64,000 bases of DNA, from NCBI GenBank assembly GCA_902786925.1, contig CADAEK010000004.1, forward strand, positions 25,939 through 89,938, written 5' to 3'. The notes beneath the pieces were generated by a model. It worked only from the letters and a program-made list of their open reading frames with translations. It searched no databases and was not told the DNA's origin. This DNA comes from an uncultured Bacteroidales bacterium. Lineage in GTDB: Bacteria; Bacteroidota; Bacteroidia; Bacteroidales; Bacteroidaceae. Shown one piece after another: positions 18,301-28,216 of the stretch. Made by a program: the position numbers and the translations under genes. Positions within the stretch are counted from its first letter, which is position 1; every line of letters starts with the position of its first letter.

Positions 18301-19785
18301 TCATTTCTTTTTGCCGACCCGTTTTGCCGAGCCAATAGCTCCTGTAGGGCACACTAGGCGACAAAGGTGGCAGCCAACGCACTTGGCTCCAATGAGGTGA
18401 GGCTGTCGGCTCTCCGCATCAAAACTGAGGGCTTGATGTCCTCCATCCATACAAGAGCGGTAGCAACGTCCACATCCAATGCATTTCTCATGGTCAAACT
18501 TCGGATAGACCACCGTGTCACAATCCAGTTCCGAAGGCAGCACGAAGGAAGGCAGGCGCTCACCTACAATGTCTTCAAGATGCTCTATGCCCCGCTCCTC
18601 CAGATAAGTTTCAAGCCCCTGCACCAAATCGTCGATAATACGATAGCCATATTGCATCACCGCTGTGCACACCTGCACATTCCGGCACCCCAGCTGCACG
18701 AACTCCAGAGCGTCGCGCCACGTCTCAATGCCTCCGATGCCGCTGAACTGCAGCTTGCCCACAAATGGGTGCTTTGTCATTTCGAGGATGAAGCGCAAAG
18801 CGATAGGCTTCACAGCACGTCCGCTATAACCTGAGATGGTATTTTTTTCGCTGACTTCAGCCGCAGGCGACATGGTGACGCTCTTGATGGTATTGATGGC
18901 CGAGATAGCATCGGCGCCCGCAAAGTAGCATCCCATAGCAGGCACGTCCATACGGGAAACGTTAGGTGTCATCTTCGGAATGACTGGAATCTTTACATGA
19001 CGCTTCACATGAGCGGTGTAGAACGTCACCAGTTCTGCATCCTGACCCACATCGCTGCCCATGCCTGCCACATGCATCTGAGGGCATGAGAAGTTCAGTT
19101 CTACCGCATCGCAACCGGCCTCTTCCGCCATCTTCGCCAGCTCTATCCATTCATCTCCCGTCTGACCCATAATGGACGCTATCACCACTTTGCCTGGAAA
19201 GTTCTGCTTAAGCCGGCGCATGATGTCAAAGTCCTCTTTGCAAGGATGTTCCGACAGCTGCTCCATGTTGCGGAACCCAGCAAATGAGGTTCCCTCCTTG
19301 ATGGCATCAAATCGAGGCGACACTTCACGTATCTCTTGCATACAGACAGTCTTGTAAAACACACCGGCCCACCCCGCCTCAAAAGCATGCGCCACCATCT
19401 CATAGTTGGTGCACACAGCAGAGGATGCCAAGAAGAAAGGATTCTCGCAAAGGATACCACAGAACGTGATAGCAAGACGGGAGGACGCAGCTGAGAGGGA
19501 GGCTTCCTCAGGCATCTCACTCCGCACAAAAGCACCTGCACAATCACAACAGGCTCCTCGAATTATTTCCCTGATACGCAGCCGATTATCATAGTGAATA
19601 CATGCAGACTCTGCACGTTCCAAATCTTCATCAGAACAGTCCTTTATCCAACGCATCGCATTCTTAGTATTGTCAAATCGAATGGCACGGATAGCACGCG
19701 CTGGGTCTCCTTTTCCACACGCTTTCGTACAAGGTGCATCCTCGCACAACAGGCAACGTTTGGCCTCTTCATAGATGTTCATCAT
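18301..19785 (-). CDS. Dihydropyrimidine/dihydroorotate dehydrogenase-like flavoprotein (PreA-like) with an N-terminal Cys-rich domain and a C-terminal 2x[4Fe-4S] ferredoxin domain
   Basis: 494 aa. It has a central TIM-barrel DHOD/DPD-like region (NFSCPQM, GGIETW), C-terminal CIGCGRCYRSC and CVGCHLCRLVCP, and an N-terminal CLLCEDAPCTKAC. Confidence 0.7.
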   Translation of the reverse strand: MMNIYEEAKRCLLCEDAPCTKACGKGDPARAIRAIRFDNTKNAMRWIKDCSDEDLERAESACIHYDNRLRIREIIRGACCDCAGAFVRSEMPEEASLSAASSRLAITFCGILCENPFFLASSAVCTNYEMVAHAFEAGWAGVFYKTVCMQEIREVSPRFDAIKEGTSFAGFRNMEQLSEHPCKEDFDIMRRLKQNFPGKVVIASIMGQTGDEWIELAKMAEEAGCDAVELNFSCPQMHVAGMGSDVGQDAELVTFYTAHVKRHVKIPVIPKMTPNVSRMDVPAMGCYFAGADAISAINTIKSVTMSPAAEVSEKNTISGYSGRAVKPIALRFILEMTKHPFVGKLQFSGIGGIETWRDALEFVQLGCRNVQVCTAVMQYGYRIIDDLVQGLETYLEERGIEHLEDIVGERLPSFVLPSELDCDTVVYPKFDHEKCIGCGRCYRSCMDGGHQALSFDAESRQPHLIGAKCVGCHLCRLVCPTGAIGSAKRVGKKK

Positions 19786-19836
19786 ATCTTAAAGTTAATA
19801 GGTTTGTCTTGCTCGTCTTTTTCATCGTACCGCTTG

Positions 19837-19844
19837 CAAATATA
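19837..19844 (-). promoter_or_regulatory. -7 promoter box (TATATTTG on minus strand) for the PreA-like gene
   Basis: Plus-strand caaatata, 51 nt upstream of the ATG at 19785. Confidence 0.45.
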
Positions 19845-20068
19845 CAAAACAATCCGGCAATCCAAGAAAAAATTGGCAGAAAATACGGAAACAGCGCACC
19901 AAAATTCATCTTCATGCCCCTTGGGGCAAAACAATCACCATGATTTGATGCTCCAATGAATCCTGCATCGAAGCAACAGTTTACCCAGCAATGAACATTG
20001 AGCTTGCTTTGCAACAAACATCGGGGTTACTCAATAACGGAGGCTAGTTTCACCCCACAAGGGAGTCG

Positions 20069-20238
20069 TTCATAACTTATGAATAAAATTTCCCAAGTTT
20101 AGAAAAATAATTCCCAAGTTTAGAAAAATATTTCCTAAGTTTAGAAAAATATTTCTCAAGTTTTAAAAAAATTACTCGCAAGTTATGAAATAATTATTCG
20201 CAAGTTATGAATAATTGTTCATAAGTTATGAATAACGG
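20069..20238. repeat. Array of eight tandem 21-22 bp A/T-rich repeats (TTCnnAAGTTwwGAAwAAwww)
   Basis: Units start at 20069, 20090, 20111, 20132, 20153, 20175, 20197 and 20218. Units 2-4 are near-identical (ttcccaagtttagaaaaata). The outer units are the palindromic cores ttcataaCttatgaa and ttcataaGttatgaa. Confidence 0.9.
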
Positions 20239-20260
20239 GCTTCAGTTGAAAAAAAATCCG

Positions 20261-20268
20261 TAACTTTG
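20261..20268 (+). promoter_or_regulatory. -7 promoter box TAACTTTG for the MATE transporter gene
   Basis: TAnnTTTG match 46 nt upstream of the ATG at 20315 and 23 bp downstream of the repeat array. Confidence 0.5.
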
Positions 20269-20314
20269 CAGTCCGTTCCGGCGATGGACGGATGAAGAAC
20301 ATATATCAAACACT

Positions 20315-21733
20315 ATGCAACAGGACAACAAGACCAAAGAATTAGGAACAAAACCCATCGGCGAACTGCTGATGAAGTATGCCGTTCCGGCCGTGGTGGC
20401 TATGACGGCATCGTCACTATACAATATCGTCGACCGCATCTTCATTGGCCGCATTCCCGATGTGGGCACGCTTTCGTTGGGCGGTCTGGCAGTCACCTTT
20501 CCCATCATGAACCTCAGCGCCGCTTTTGGCGCAATGGTGGGCGTGGGCAGCTCCACCCTCATCTCCATCAAGCTGGGACAGAAAGACTACTCAACAGCAG
20601 AACGCGTACTGGGCAACCTCGTGTCGCTCAATGTCATCATCGGCACCTTGGTGGGCGTGCTGGGCCTCATCTTTATCGACCCACTGCTACTCTTTTTCGG
20701 AGCCTCCGAGAACACCCTTCTATACGCCCACGACTACATGGCCATCATCCTATATGGCAACGTAGTCACCCACCTCTATCTAGGCCTTAACAGCGCCCTG
20801 CGAAGCACTGGCCATCCGCACGTAGCGATGTCGGCAACAATTGCCACCGTCATCATCAACGCCATCCTTGACCCGCTCTTCATTTTCACCTTCAATATGG
20901 GCATCAAGGGAGCTGCTTATGCCACCGTGCTGGCACAGATTGCAGCCCTTATTTACGTGATAACCGTTTTATCAAACAAAAAGGATTTAATACACTTACA
21001 TACAGGAATTTACGGTTTAAGAAAACGTATTGTAAAAGGTATTATCGCAATCGGGATGTCGCCCTTTGCCATGCAGCTGTGCGCCTGTCTTGTGGTCATC
21101 CTTATCAACAAAGGACTGACAAAGCACGGAGGAGACACAGCCATTGCTGCATATGGCATTGTGAACGGTGTCACGTTCCTTGCGGTCATGGTCGTGCTGG
21201 GCATCTGCCAAGGCATGCAGCCCATCGCCGGATTCAACTTTGGAGCACAGCAACCAGAGCGTGTTGATGAGGTGCTGCGGAAAGCCATCTGGATGGCCAC
21301 CATTGTCATGATTCTTGACTTTATCCTGTGCGTGTTCTTCCCCGAACTTCTGGTGGGCATCTTCACCACAGACCCTGTCCTCTCGAAACTGTCAGCCCGA
21401 GGAATGCGCATCGTCTGCATCCTCTCCCCCATCGTGGGCTTCCAGATTGTGACAGGCAACTTCTTCCAAAGCATCGGCATGGCTAAACGAAGCATCTTCA
21501 TGTCTGTAAGCCGCCAGCTGGTGTTCCTCGTGCCCTTCCTCTTGATATTCCCCGAAATCTGGGGAACAGACGGCGTGTGGATTAGCATCACTGCCGCCGA
21601 CGGCGTGGCCTCCATCACAGCAGCCTTCCTCCTTTGGCAATTCTACCACAACAAGGCGAAGATTCATGCACCACGCACCCGCATGGCAAGTACCCTGAAA
21701 CGCGTATTCTTCCATAATAGAGTCACTCCGTGA
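20315..21733 (+). CDS. MATE family efflux transporter
   Basis: 472 aa with 12 predicted hydrophobic helices. The N-terminal [28 protein letters not shown] is typical of MATE/NorM proteins. Confidence 0.85.
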   Translation: MQQDNKTKELGTKPIGELLMKYAVPAVVAMTASSLYNIVDRIFIGRIPDVGTLSLGGLAVTFPIMNLSAAFGAMVGVGSSTLISIKLGQKDYSTAERVLGNLVSLNVIIGTLVGVLGLIFIDPLLLFFGASENTLLYAHDYMAIILYGNVVTHLYLGLNSALRSTGHPHVAMSATIATVIINAILDPLFIFTFNMGIKGAAYATVLAQIAALIYVITVLSNKKDLIHLHTGIYGLRKRIVKGIIAIGMSPFAMQLCACLVVILINKGLTKHGGDTAIAAYGIVNGVTFLAVMVVLGICQGMQPIAGFNFGAQQPERVDEVLRKAIWMATIVMILDFILCVFFPELLVGIFTTDPVLSKLSARGMRIVCILSPIVGFQIVTGNFFQSIGMAKRSIFMSVSRQLVFLVPFLLIFPEIWGTDGVWISITAADGVASITAAFLLWQFYHNKAKIHAPRTRMASTLKRVFFHNRVTP

Positions 21734-21779
21734 GAGTTGGCAGGTGACAATTGGTAATTCAGCAATCATTCAAGCAACT

Positions 21780-22520
21780 ATGAGGTATTTCATCTATCTG
21801 TCCTATGACGGCGCACGCTATCACGGATGGCAAACCCAGCCTAACGGAAGCAGCGTGCAGGAGGTGCTGGGCAAAGCACTCTCCACCCTGTTGCATGAGT
21901 CTATCGAAGTGACTGGCGCAGGACGTACAGACGCAGGAGTGAACGCCTCGCTGATGGTGGCGCATTTCGACACAGAGCACACAGCAGACCAGCAATTGGC
22001 TTATCGTCTGAACAAATTTCTGCCGCAAGACATCGCTATCCACAAGATTGTGCCTGTTAAGCCAGAAGCCCATGCACGGTTCTCTGCCACATCGCGTACT
22101 TATCACTATTACGTCATCACGGCAAAGACCCCCTTTGAACCATACGCGTACCGCTTTCCCCAGCCTCTTGATTTCGACAAGATGAACGAGGCGGCTAAAG
22201 CGCTATTTGACTACATCGACTTCACGTCTTTTTCAAAGCTCCACACCGACGTTAAGACGAACAACTGCCGCATCATGGCAGCCCAATGGGAACAAGTCAG
22301 CCCCATCAAGTGGCAGTTCACCATCACAGCAGACCGCTTTCTCCGCAACATGGTGCGTGCCATCGTGGGTACCCTCCTCGATGTGGGACGAGGCGTGCTG
22401 ACTCTGGAGCAGTTCCGTGAAATCATAGAGAAGAAAGACCGCTGCTCAGCTGGAATGTCTGTGCCGGGCAACGCCCTTTTCCTTGCAGACATCACTTATC
22501 CAGAAGACCTTTTCGAATAA
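21780..22520 (+). CDS. truA: tRNA pseudouridine(38-40) synthase
   Basis: [22 protein letters not shown] ... [11 protein letters not shown] is the TruA catalytic Asp motif. The start was moved to the ATG at 21780. Confidence 0.9.
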   Translation: MRYFIYLSYDGARYHGWQTQPNGSSVQEVLGKALSTLLHESIEVTGAGRTDAGVNASLMVAHFDTEHTADQQLAYRLNKFLPQDIAIHKIVPVKPEAHARFSATSRTYHYYVITAKTPFEPYAYRFPQPLDFDKMNEAAKALFDYIDFTSFSKLHTDVKTNNCRIMAAQWEQVSPIKWQFTITADRFLRNMVRAIVGTLLDVGRGVLTLEQFREIIEKKDRCSAGMSVPGNALFLADITYPEDLFE

Positions 22521-22647
22521 AGGAAAGAGTTCAAAATATGTAATATTGTTCCTTCAAAGGAAGCCATTGCTGCACTCTGAAGACTCAAAAGAACATTCTA
22601 TAGGCATTTTTTCAGGGAAACGATTGGAGTGTGTAGTTCTTTTTTAG

Positions 22648-22655
22648 TACCTTTG
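22648..22655 (+). promoter_or_regulatory. -7 promoter box TACCTTTG for the TfoX-like gene
   Basis: TAnnTTTG match 100 nt upstream of the ATG at 22756. Confidence 0.45.
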
Positions 22656-22755
22656 CGACAATAAAAGTGAAATGGATGCAAGAAAGGGCTCAAAGGAAGG
22701 GGAAATGGTGTCCAAAATCAAACCTACTGAAGCCCTTTGTTTATAGCGAAAGTAC

Positions 22756-23076
22756 ATGGCAAGTACACAAGACTACGCACAATATATCGCAGATCAATGT
22801 GCCGGTGCTGGTGACATCACGCTCAAGCGGATGTTTGGTGAATATGGAATCTACTGCGACGGAAAGCTATTTGGTCTCATCTGTGATGACCACTTCTACA
22901 TGAAGCCAACCGAAGCAGGACGAGCCTTGCTACGCACACTTGACCTCCGCCCACCCTATCCAGGGGCAAAGGATTACTTCTACATTGACGAGGTTGACGA
23001 TCATGAATATCTCTCCCAATTAGTGAGCGCAAGCTACAAGGAACTGCCAATGCAGAAGCAAAGGAAAAAGAAGTAG
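22756..23076 (+). CDS. TfoX/Sxy N-terminal domain protein
   Basis: 106 aa. The stretch RMFGEYGIYCDGKLFGLICDDHFYMKP resembles the TfoX N-terminal domain. Confidence 0.7.
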   Translation: MASTQDYAQYIADQCAGAGDITLKRMFGEYGIYCDGKLFGLICDDHFYMKPTEAGRALLRTLDLRPPYPGAKDYFYIDEVDDHEYLSQLVSASYKELPMQKQRKKK

Positions 23077-23168
23077 ACGTCACACAAGTCCTCTCTTATC
23101 GTCGGCATTGCCCACGCATCAAACACGAATTATTCATCAACGAAATACCATATACATATATATAGCAT

Positions 23169-24089
23169 ATGTGGCTAATCTTAGCATTCTTGTCTGCCTT
23201 CCTGTTAGGCTTCTACGATGTCTTTAAGAAGAAATCGTTGAAGGAGAATGCAGTCATCCCCGTATTGCTGCTGAACACCTTGTTCTCTTCGCTGATATTC
23301 CTACCATTCATCATCTTGTCAGCGCAGGGACACATCAGCGAGGACAGCCTTGTCTACACACATCAATATGGCTGGGCCGAACACAAGTACATCCTGCTGA
23401 AGTCATGCATCGTGCTGGCCAGCTGGCTATTTGCCTATTTCGGACTGAAGCACCTGCCCATCACCATCGTTGGACCCATCAACGCCACACGCCCCGTGAT
23501 GGTGCTGATTGGTGCCCTGACATTCTTCTCCGAGAGACTGAACTTGTGGCAGTGGCTAGGTGTCATCGTGGCCATGATAGGTCTTTATATGCTCTCACGC
23601 TCCAGCAAAAAAGAGGGCATCGACTTCAAACACAATAAATGGATTATATTTGTGGTGCTGGCAAATGTGCTGGGCGCCATTAGCGGATTGTACGACAAGT
23701 TCCTCATGGCATCACCTGAGAATGGCGGCGTGGGACTGGACAAGCTTGCCGTACAGTCATGGTATAACATTTACCAATTCTTCATGATGCTCACGATGCT
23801 CTTCCTGCTGTGGTGGCCCACCCACAAGAAGACCACCCCATTCCGCTGGGACTGGTGCATCATTCTCATCAGCATATTCCTCTCCGCCGCCGACTTTGCA
23901 TATTTCTATGCATTGGGTCTGGACGGCGCCATGATATCCATTGTCTCGATGGTACGCCGAGGTTCTGTCGTGGTCAGCTTCCTCTTCGGAGCGATGGCCT
24001 TCCATGAGAAAAACCTCAAATCGAAAGTTGTGGACCTACTGCTTGTGCTGCTCTCGATGATGTTCCTCTTCATTGGAAGCCAACACTAA
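23169..24089 (+). CDS. EamA/DMT family transporter
   Basis: 306 aa with about 10 hydrophobic helices in two repeated halves, typical of the drug/metabolite transporter fold. Confidence 0.75.
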   Translation: MWLILAFLSAFLLGFYDVFKKKSLKENAVIPVLLLNTLFSSLIFLPFIILSAQGHISEDSLVYTHQYGWAEHKYILLKSCIVLASWLFAYFGLKHLPITIVGPINATRPVMVLIGALTFFSERLNLWQWLGVIVAMIGLYMLSRSSKKEGIDFKHNKWIIFVVLANVLGAISGLYDKFLMASPENGGVGLDKLAVQSWYNIYQFFMMLTMLFLLWWPTHKKTTPFRWDWCIILISIFLSAADFAYFYALGLDGAMISIVSMVRRGSVVVSFLFGAMAFHEKNLKSKVVDLLLVLLSMMFLFIGSQH

Positions 24090-24184
24090 GTCACTGCCCA
24101 AGAAAAAAATACCTATGTCACTAACATCTCAACAATCGCAAACTAACAACTCTATTGTACATATAATATAAACCACGAGCACTA

Positions 24185-25258
24185 ATGAAATTATCTGTCA
24201 TCGTCCCTATCTATAACGTAGAGAAATTCCTTCCTCGTTGTCTCGATTCACTCTTGCGCCAAGGCTTGAGCGCAAGCGAATTCGAGGTGATTTGCGTGAA
24301 CGACGGTTCACCAGATAACTGTGCACAAATCTTAGCTGATTACGAGAAGAAGCATCCAGATATCTTCCGTGTCATCACCCAAGAGAACAAAGGTCTGGGA
24401 GGGGCACGCAACGCTGGAACTGCACTGGCAAGGGGGGAATATGTGACGTATCTGGACAGCGACGACTACATCGTGGATGAGGGCTATGCACGACTGCTAA
24501 AGACGATAGAAAAAGAGTATGCCCAAACTGAGGAAAACAGATTGCCGGACATTGTGTTTTTCCATTCAAGCAATGTGGTGACTAACGGTGTCGATCGGGT
24601 GGAATCCGAAGCACCTCAGCTGCCTATTTCCGTGATTGGACAAGATGATTTGAAGAGATGGCGTTCGCAAATCTTGGGCTATGTGTGGAACAAACTTTAT
24701 CGACGTGCTTTCCTAGAAGAGCATCAATGCTGCTTTAGAGATGGCATCTGTGAAGATGAGCTGTTCAACTACGAATTGTTCCTCCACGAACCTCACTTCC
24801 TCGTGACGGATGCGGACATCTACCGTTATGAACAGAATAACCCCAGGTCTATCTTACACACCAATGACCACAACAGGCAACGCAAACAGATGGCAGACCT
24901 CGAGAATGTCATCGGCATCATGAACGAATACCTGATGGCACACGATAATGATGATTTTGCGATGGGCGTTAAGCAGTCAAATTGCCGCCTTCTGAAGACC
25001 TACCACAAAAAAGCTTATAAGGCACATCTCTCCCATTCCGAGTGGTGCAACCACATGAAGAAGCTCCGCGAATACCCCTATTGCAAAATGAGCACAGATG
25101 ACTCTGCCATGGGAAAATTGGTGGCAGCCCTCAACAATCACTCGCTCAATTCATACGGAATGTACGTTTTCGTTAGCTTCTTCTACGAAAGGTTCTTCGA
25201 GCGATTTGTCCGTTCGTACTTCATCAAGAAGCCCTCAAAAAGGCATCCTTTATCGTAA
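24185..25258 (+). CDS. Glycosyltransferase family 2
   Basis: 357 aa. SVIVPIYNVEKFLPRCLDSLLRQ ... VNDGSPD ... LDSDD are the GT2 (GT-A fold) signatures. Confidence 0.85.
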   Translation: MKLSVIVPIYNVEKFLPRCLDSLLRQGLSASEFEVICVNDGSPDNCAQILADYEKKHPDIFRVITQENKGLGGARNAGTALARGEYVTYLDSDDYIVDEGYARLLKTIEKEYAQTEENRLPDIVFFHSSNVVTNGVDRVESEAPQLPISVIGQDDLKRWRSQILGYVWNKLYRRAFLEEHQCCFRDGICEDELFNYELFLHEPHFLVTDADIYRYEQNNPRSILHTNDHNRQRKQMADLENVIGIMNEYLMAHDNDDFAMGVKQSNCRLLKTYHKKAYKAHLSHSEWCNHMKKLREYPYCKMSTDDSAMGKLVAALNNHSLNSYGMYVFVSFFYERFFERFVRSYFIKKPSKRHPLS

Positions 25259-25389
25259 AGAGAAAGGTACTTTTAGAGTTTTTTTCTCTCTTTTTGTACC
25301 ATTAATTGACATTTTGCTTGTATCTCTACACAAAACCACTTATCTTTACCTTCTGAAAGGCTTACCTACATACCTATTTGGACCTATAG

Positions 25390-25635
25390 ATGAAACCATC
25401 CGTTATAGTTCCCGTATATAACGTGGAGAAATTCCTTCCTCGTTGTCTTGATTCACTCATACGCCAAGGATTGAGTGCTGATGAATATGAAGTGATTTGT
25501 GTGAACGACGGTTCACCAGATAACCGTGCACAAATCTTAGCCGATTACGAACAAAAGCACCCTGATATTTTCCGCGTCATCATGCAAGAAACACATACAA
25601 CCATTTTTCATTTAAAAGGCCAACGCGTCATGTAA
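25390..25635 (+). pseudogene. Truncated duplicate of the 5' end of the GT2 gene at 24185
   Basis: The first ~66 codons (MKPSVIVPVYNVEKFLPRCLDSLIRQGLSADEYEVICVNDGSPDNRAQILADYEQKHPDIFRVIMQE) parallel 24185-24385 at roughly 85% nucleotide identity. The sequence then diverges and stops, so the catalytic DxD region is lacking. Confidence 0.7.
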
Positions 25636-25658
25636 TCGCCTTTGCCAATGATAGACCA

Positions 25659-26819
25659 ATGAATATAGTATATTGTATAGACGTTGCATATAACTTGTCG
25701 GGCACCGACATTGTTTCTATCGCAAAAGCTAACGCTTTAGCGGCCATTCCTGGCAACAAAGTGTGGATAGTCAGCGCAGGCAACCCACGTTCATTGCTAA
25801 AACGTCTCAAACAGGTATCCGTAACCGATTTGAATGTACGCTACTACCAGCACGACGACGAGGGACTTATCGTATCCATCATCGACCTCTTGAAAACGAA
25901 GCGAATACACAAAAAGAGGCTAGAAAACTTTCTGGAAAACATTCAACCCGATGTAGTCATCTCGTCGGGGGTATTAACGAAAACGTTTTTACCTCAACTG
26001 AAGATTTCCTCAAATCCAGTCTTCATTCGCGAGCTGCACGCAGACCGCCATTACAACAGAGACTCGGCTAAAGGAATCATCAAGAAGTTTATTGCATTAA
26101 TGGGAGAACTTTATGATTTCCATTGGAAGATCCACGCCTACGACAAAGTGGTGGTACTATCCGAAAAAGAAAATTCCGGTTCTTGGAAAAACTGGAAGAA
26201 GCTGGCAGTAATACCCAATCCCATCACACATTGGACAGGAGCCCTAAGCCAATGCGAGGAGAAAGTGGCTATCACCGCAGGGCGGTTGGCACCTATGAAG
26301 AATTTTACGGGGCTTATCAATATTTGGTCTAAAGTAGCAAAACGCCATCCAGACTGGGTATTGCAGATATGGGGGACCGGCGACATGCAGCAAACCCTGG
26401 AAACACAAATAAAGCAACTAGGACTTGAAAGGCATGTTTGCTTGATGGGCTATACCAACAATATTAGTGAAAAGATGAGCCAAGCATCACTGATGGTGTT
26501 GACCTCCCGCTCGGAGAGTTTCTCCCTCGTCACGCTCGAGGCAATGTCGGTTGGTCTACCTACAATTGTGTACAATTGTCCGGGTGGCATCAGCAGTTTG
26601 GTGAAGGACGGAGAGACTGGATACTTAGTTCCTCTAGATGATGAGGATTGTTTTGCAGAACGCGTATGTCAACTGATTGAAGACAGCGAATTGAGAAAAA
26701 AGATGGGGGCAGCCTGTGCGAAAGAATCCAAAAAGTATTGTATCGAAAACATCATTCCACAATGGATGTCGCTCTTCGAAGAGCTACTCGCCAAGAAAAG
26801 AAAACACAAGTCTGCGTAG
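25659..26819 (+). CDS. Glycosyltransferase family 4 (GT-B fold)
   Basis: 386 aa. The C-terminal SRSESFSLVTLEAMSVGLPTIVYNCPGGISSLVKDGETGYLV is the GT4/GT1 E-x7-E region. Confidence 0.85.
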   Translation: MNIVYCIDVAYNLSGTDIVSIAKANALAAIPGNKVWIVSAGNPRSLLKRLKQVSVTDLNVRYYQHDDEGLIVSIIDLLKTKRIHKKRLENFLENIQPDVVISSGVLTKTFLPQLKISSNPVFIRELHADRHYNRDSAKGIIKKFIALMGELYDFHWKIHAYDKVVVLSEKENSGSWKNWKKLAVIPNPITHWTGALSQCEEKVAITAGRLAPMKNFTGLINIWSKVAKRHPDWVLQIWGTGDMQQTLETQIKQLGLERHVCLMGYTNNISEKMSQASLMVLTSRSESFSLVTLEAMSVGLPTIVYNCPGGISSLVKDGETGYLVPLDDEDCFAERVCQLIEDSELRKKMGAACAKESKKYCIENIIPQWMSLFEELLAKKRKHKSA

Positions 26820-26857
26820 AACAAAAAACTCAACCTAATGCAGTTGAGCTAATATGT

Positions 26858-28210
26858 TTAGAAGAGAATCTTCCATGTAGAAGAGATGCTATAGCGATTT
26901 TGCATATAGTGGGAGAAAGTGTGGTAATAGTCGGCAATGATACCCCAGGCGTAGTTATCGGTATCAAGACATTCGTAAGTAACACCTACCCCGCATTCAA
27001 ACTTTGTTTCATTGGGAATTGTGTATAACTTCACATTATCAGTCAAGGTAAGGCCATCCATAATGCGTGTTCCCGCAAAGACACGAGTGCCAATGCGTAT
27101 GCCTGGGAAAATCGGTGCGCTAAACTTGGCACCTGCATCAAAATGGTAAAGGTTCAGATTATCACCTGTAAAAAGACGTTCCTGTCCATAGACCTTCATT
27201 TGGGCATCTACAGCACGTGCCATGAACTCTAAAGAGAAATAAGGGGAAGTGTGTAATGAGAGGTCTGCACCTACAGCAATGGCCGCTCCCGTCTTTAGAG
27301 TGGCATCATCAAAATATACTTTACGGTTTCCTATTTCCGTACCTGCCACAAACGAGAAGCCTGTAGGCATCGCGTTAAACTTCATCAAGCGCATCACATC
27401 TTTGAAACGCACCTCCGGTTTATTTACACCACCTACACCAAAGATTCTATCGGTCAAGAAATAAGCCAAGTTAGTACTTACAGTGCCGATACCCGCTCCC
27501 ATGTAAAGATCATTCATCCAATGTTTGTTATGACGAATGCGCAACAGCTGTGTGGTAGTAGCAGCAGTATAGCCACCTACACTTATCCAGGGTGAGAGAT
27601 ATCCGTATTCCCGATGCAACACTGTAGCAGCCACAAATGCGAAACTGGCATGTCCGGATGGGAAGGATTGGTCATTACTCAGATCAGGGCGTGTCTCGTT
27701 CACAGTATTTTTCAACAGTTCGGAGGTTCCAAACGATATACCTAATGCCATTGCATTGGCTGTCAACATCCGTTCCAGTTTAGAACGGCTTTTCACACCT
27801 GCAGCCTTCATCAACCATGCTGTCACCAGAGGTGCACCCGCAACTCCATAATCGGTCCAATTACACTTATCGCCTTGAGACTTAAACTGAGCAGGATGCG
27901 TTATGAATCCATGGTCTGTCCATGTAAGGAGCAATCCACGTGCCAACGGAAGTGCACCGTCGATGCTCATAGACAATTCCTTCTTGAGCAGTCTACTTTC
28001 ATGCTGACGGATGACTTGCTCCACCTGACGTTGGCGCTTCATCAGCTCATACGCCTGCATGACAGAATCAATCTGAGCCAAATAAGTAGAATCTAAGGAG
28101 CCTTTCGCCTCACTAACAGACACAGGCACTTGCACGGAATCGGCATCCTGAGCAGACACCAACACCAGTGAAAAGACCCAACATAACGCAGAATAGAGTA
28201 TACGCAGCAT
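26858..28210 (-). CDS. Secreted PAP2-family phosphatase with a C-terminal beta-barrel-like domain
   Basis: All three PAP2 motifs are present (KNTVNETRP, PSGH, RIRHNKHWMND = Rx5Hx3D). The start is set at MLRILYSALCWVFSLVLVSAQ (28210). The last ~190 aa has an alternating beta-strand pattern ending ...STWKILF. Confidence 0.7.
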   Translation of the reverse strand: MLRILYSALCWVFSLVLVSAQDADSVQVPVSVSEAKGSLDSTYLAQIDSVMQAYELMKRQRQVEQVIRQHESRLLKKELSMSIDGALPLARGLLLTWTDHGFITHPAQFKSQGDKCNWTDYGVAGAPLVTAWLMKAAGVKSRSKLERMLTANAMALGISFGTSELLKNTVNETRPDLSNDQSFPSGHASFAFVAATVLHREYGYLSPWISVGGYTAATTTQLLRIRHNKHWMNDLYMGAGIGTVSTNLAYFLTDRIFGVGGVNKPEVRFKDVMRLMKFNAMPTGFSFVAGTEIGNRKVYFDDATLKTGAAIAVGADLSLHTSPYFSLEFMARAVDAQMKVYGQERLFTGDNLNLYHFDAGAKFSAPIFPGIRIGTRVFAGTRIMDGLTLTDNVKLYTIPNETKFECGVGVTYECLDTDNYAWGIIADYYHTFSHYMQNRYSISSTWKILF

Positions 28211-28216
28211 ATCAAT

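Noticed and set aside
20069-20238. The tandem array as a CRISPR array or an invertible promoter
   Set aside because: The 21-bp units are contiguous and have no unique spacers, and there are no cas genes. The terminal palindromes do not flank a promoter, because the -7 box lies outside the array. No recombinase gene is nearby.
25390-25635. 81-aa ORF as a functional small glycosyltransferase
   Set aside because: It stops before the DxD catalytic region and has an unrelated 15-aa tail. It is best read as a gene remnant.
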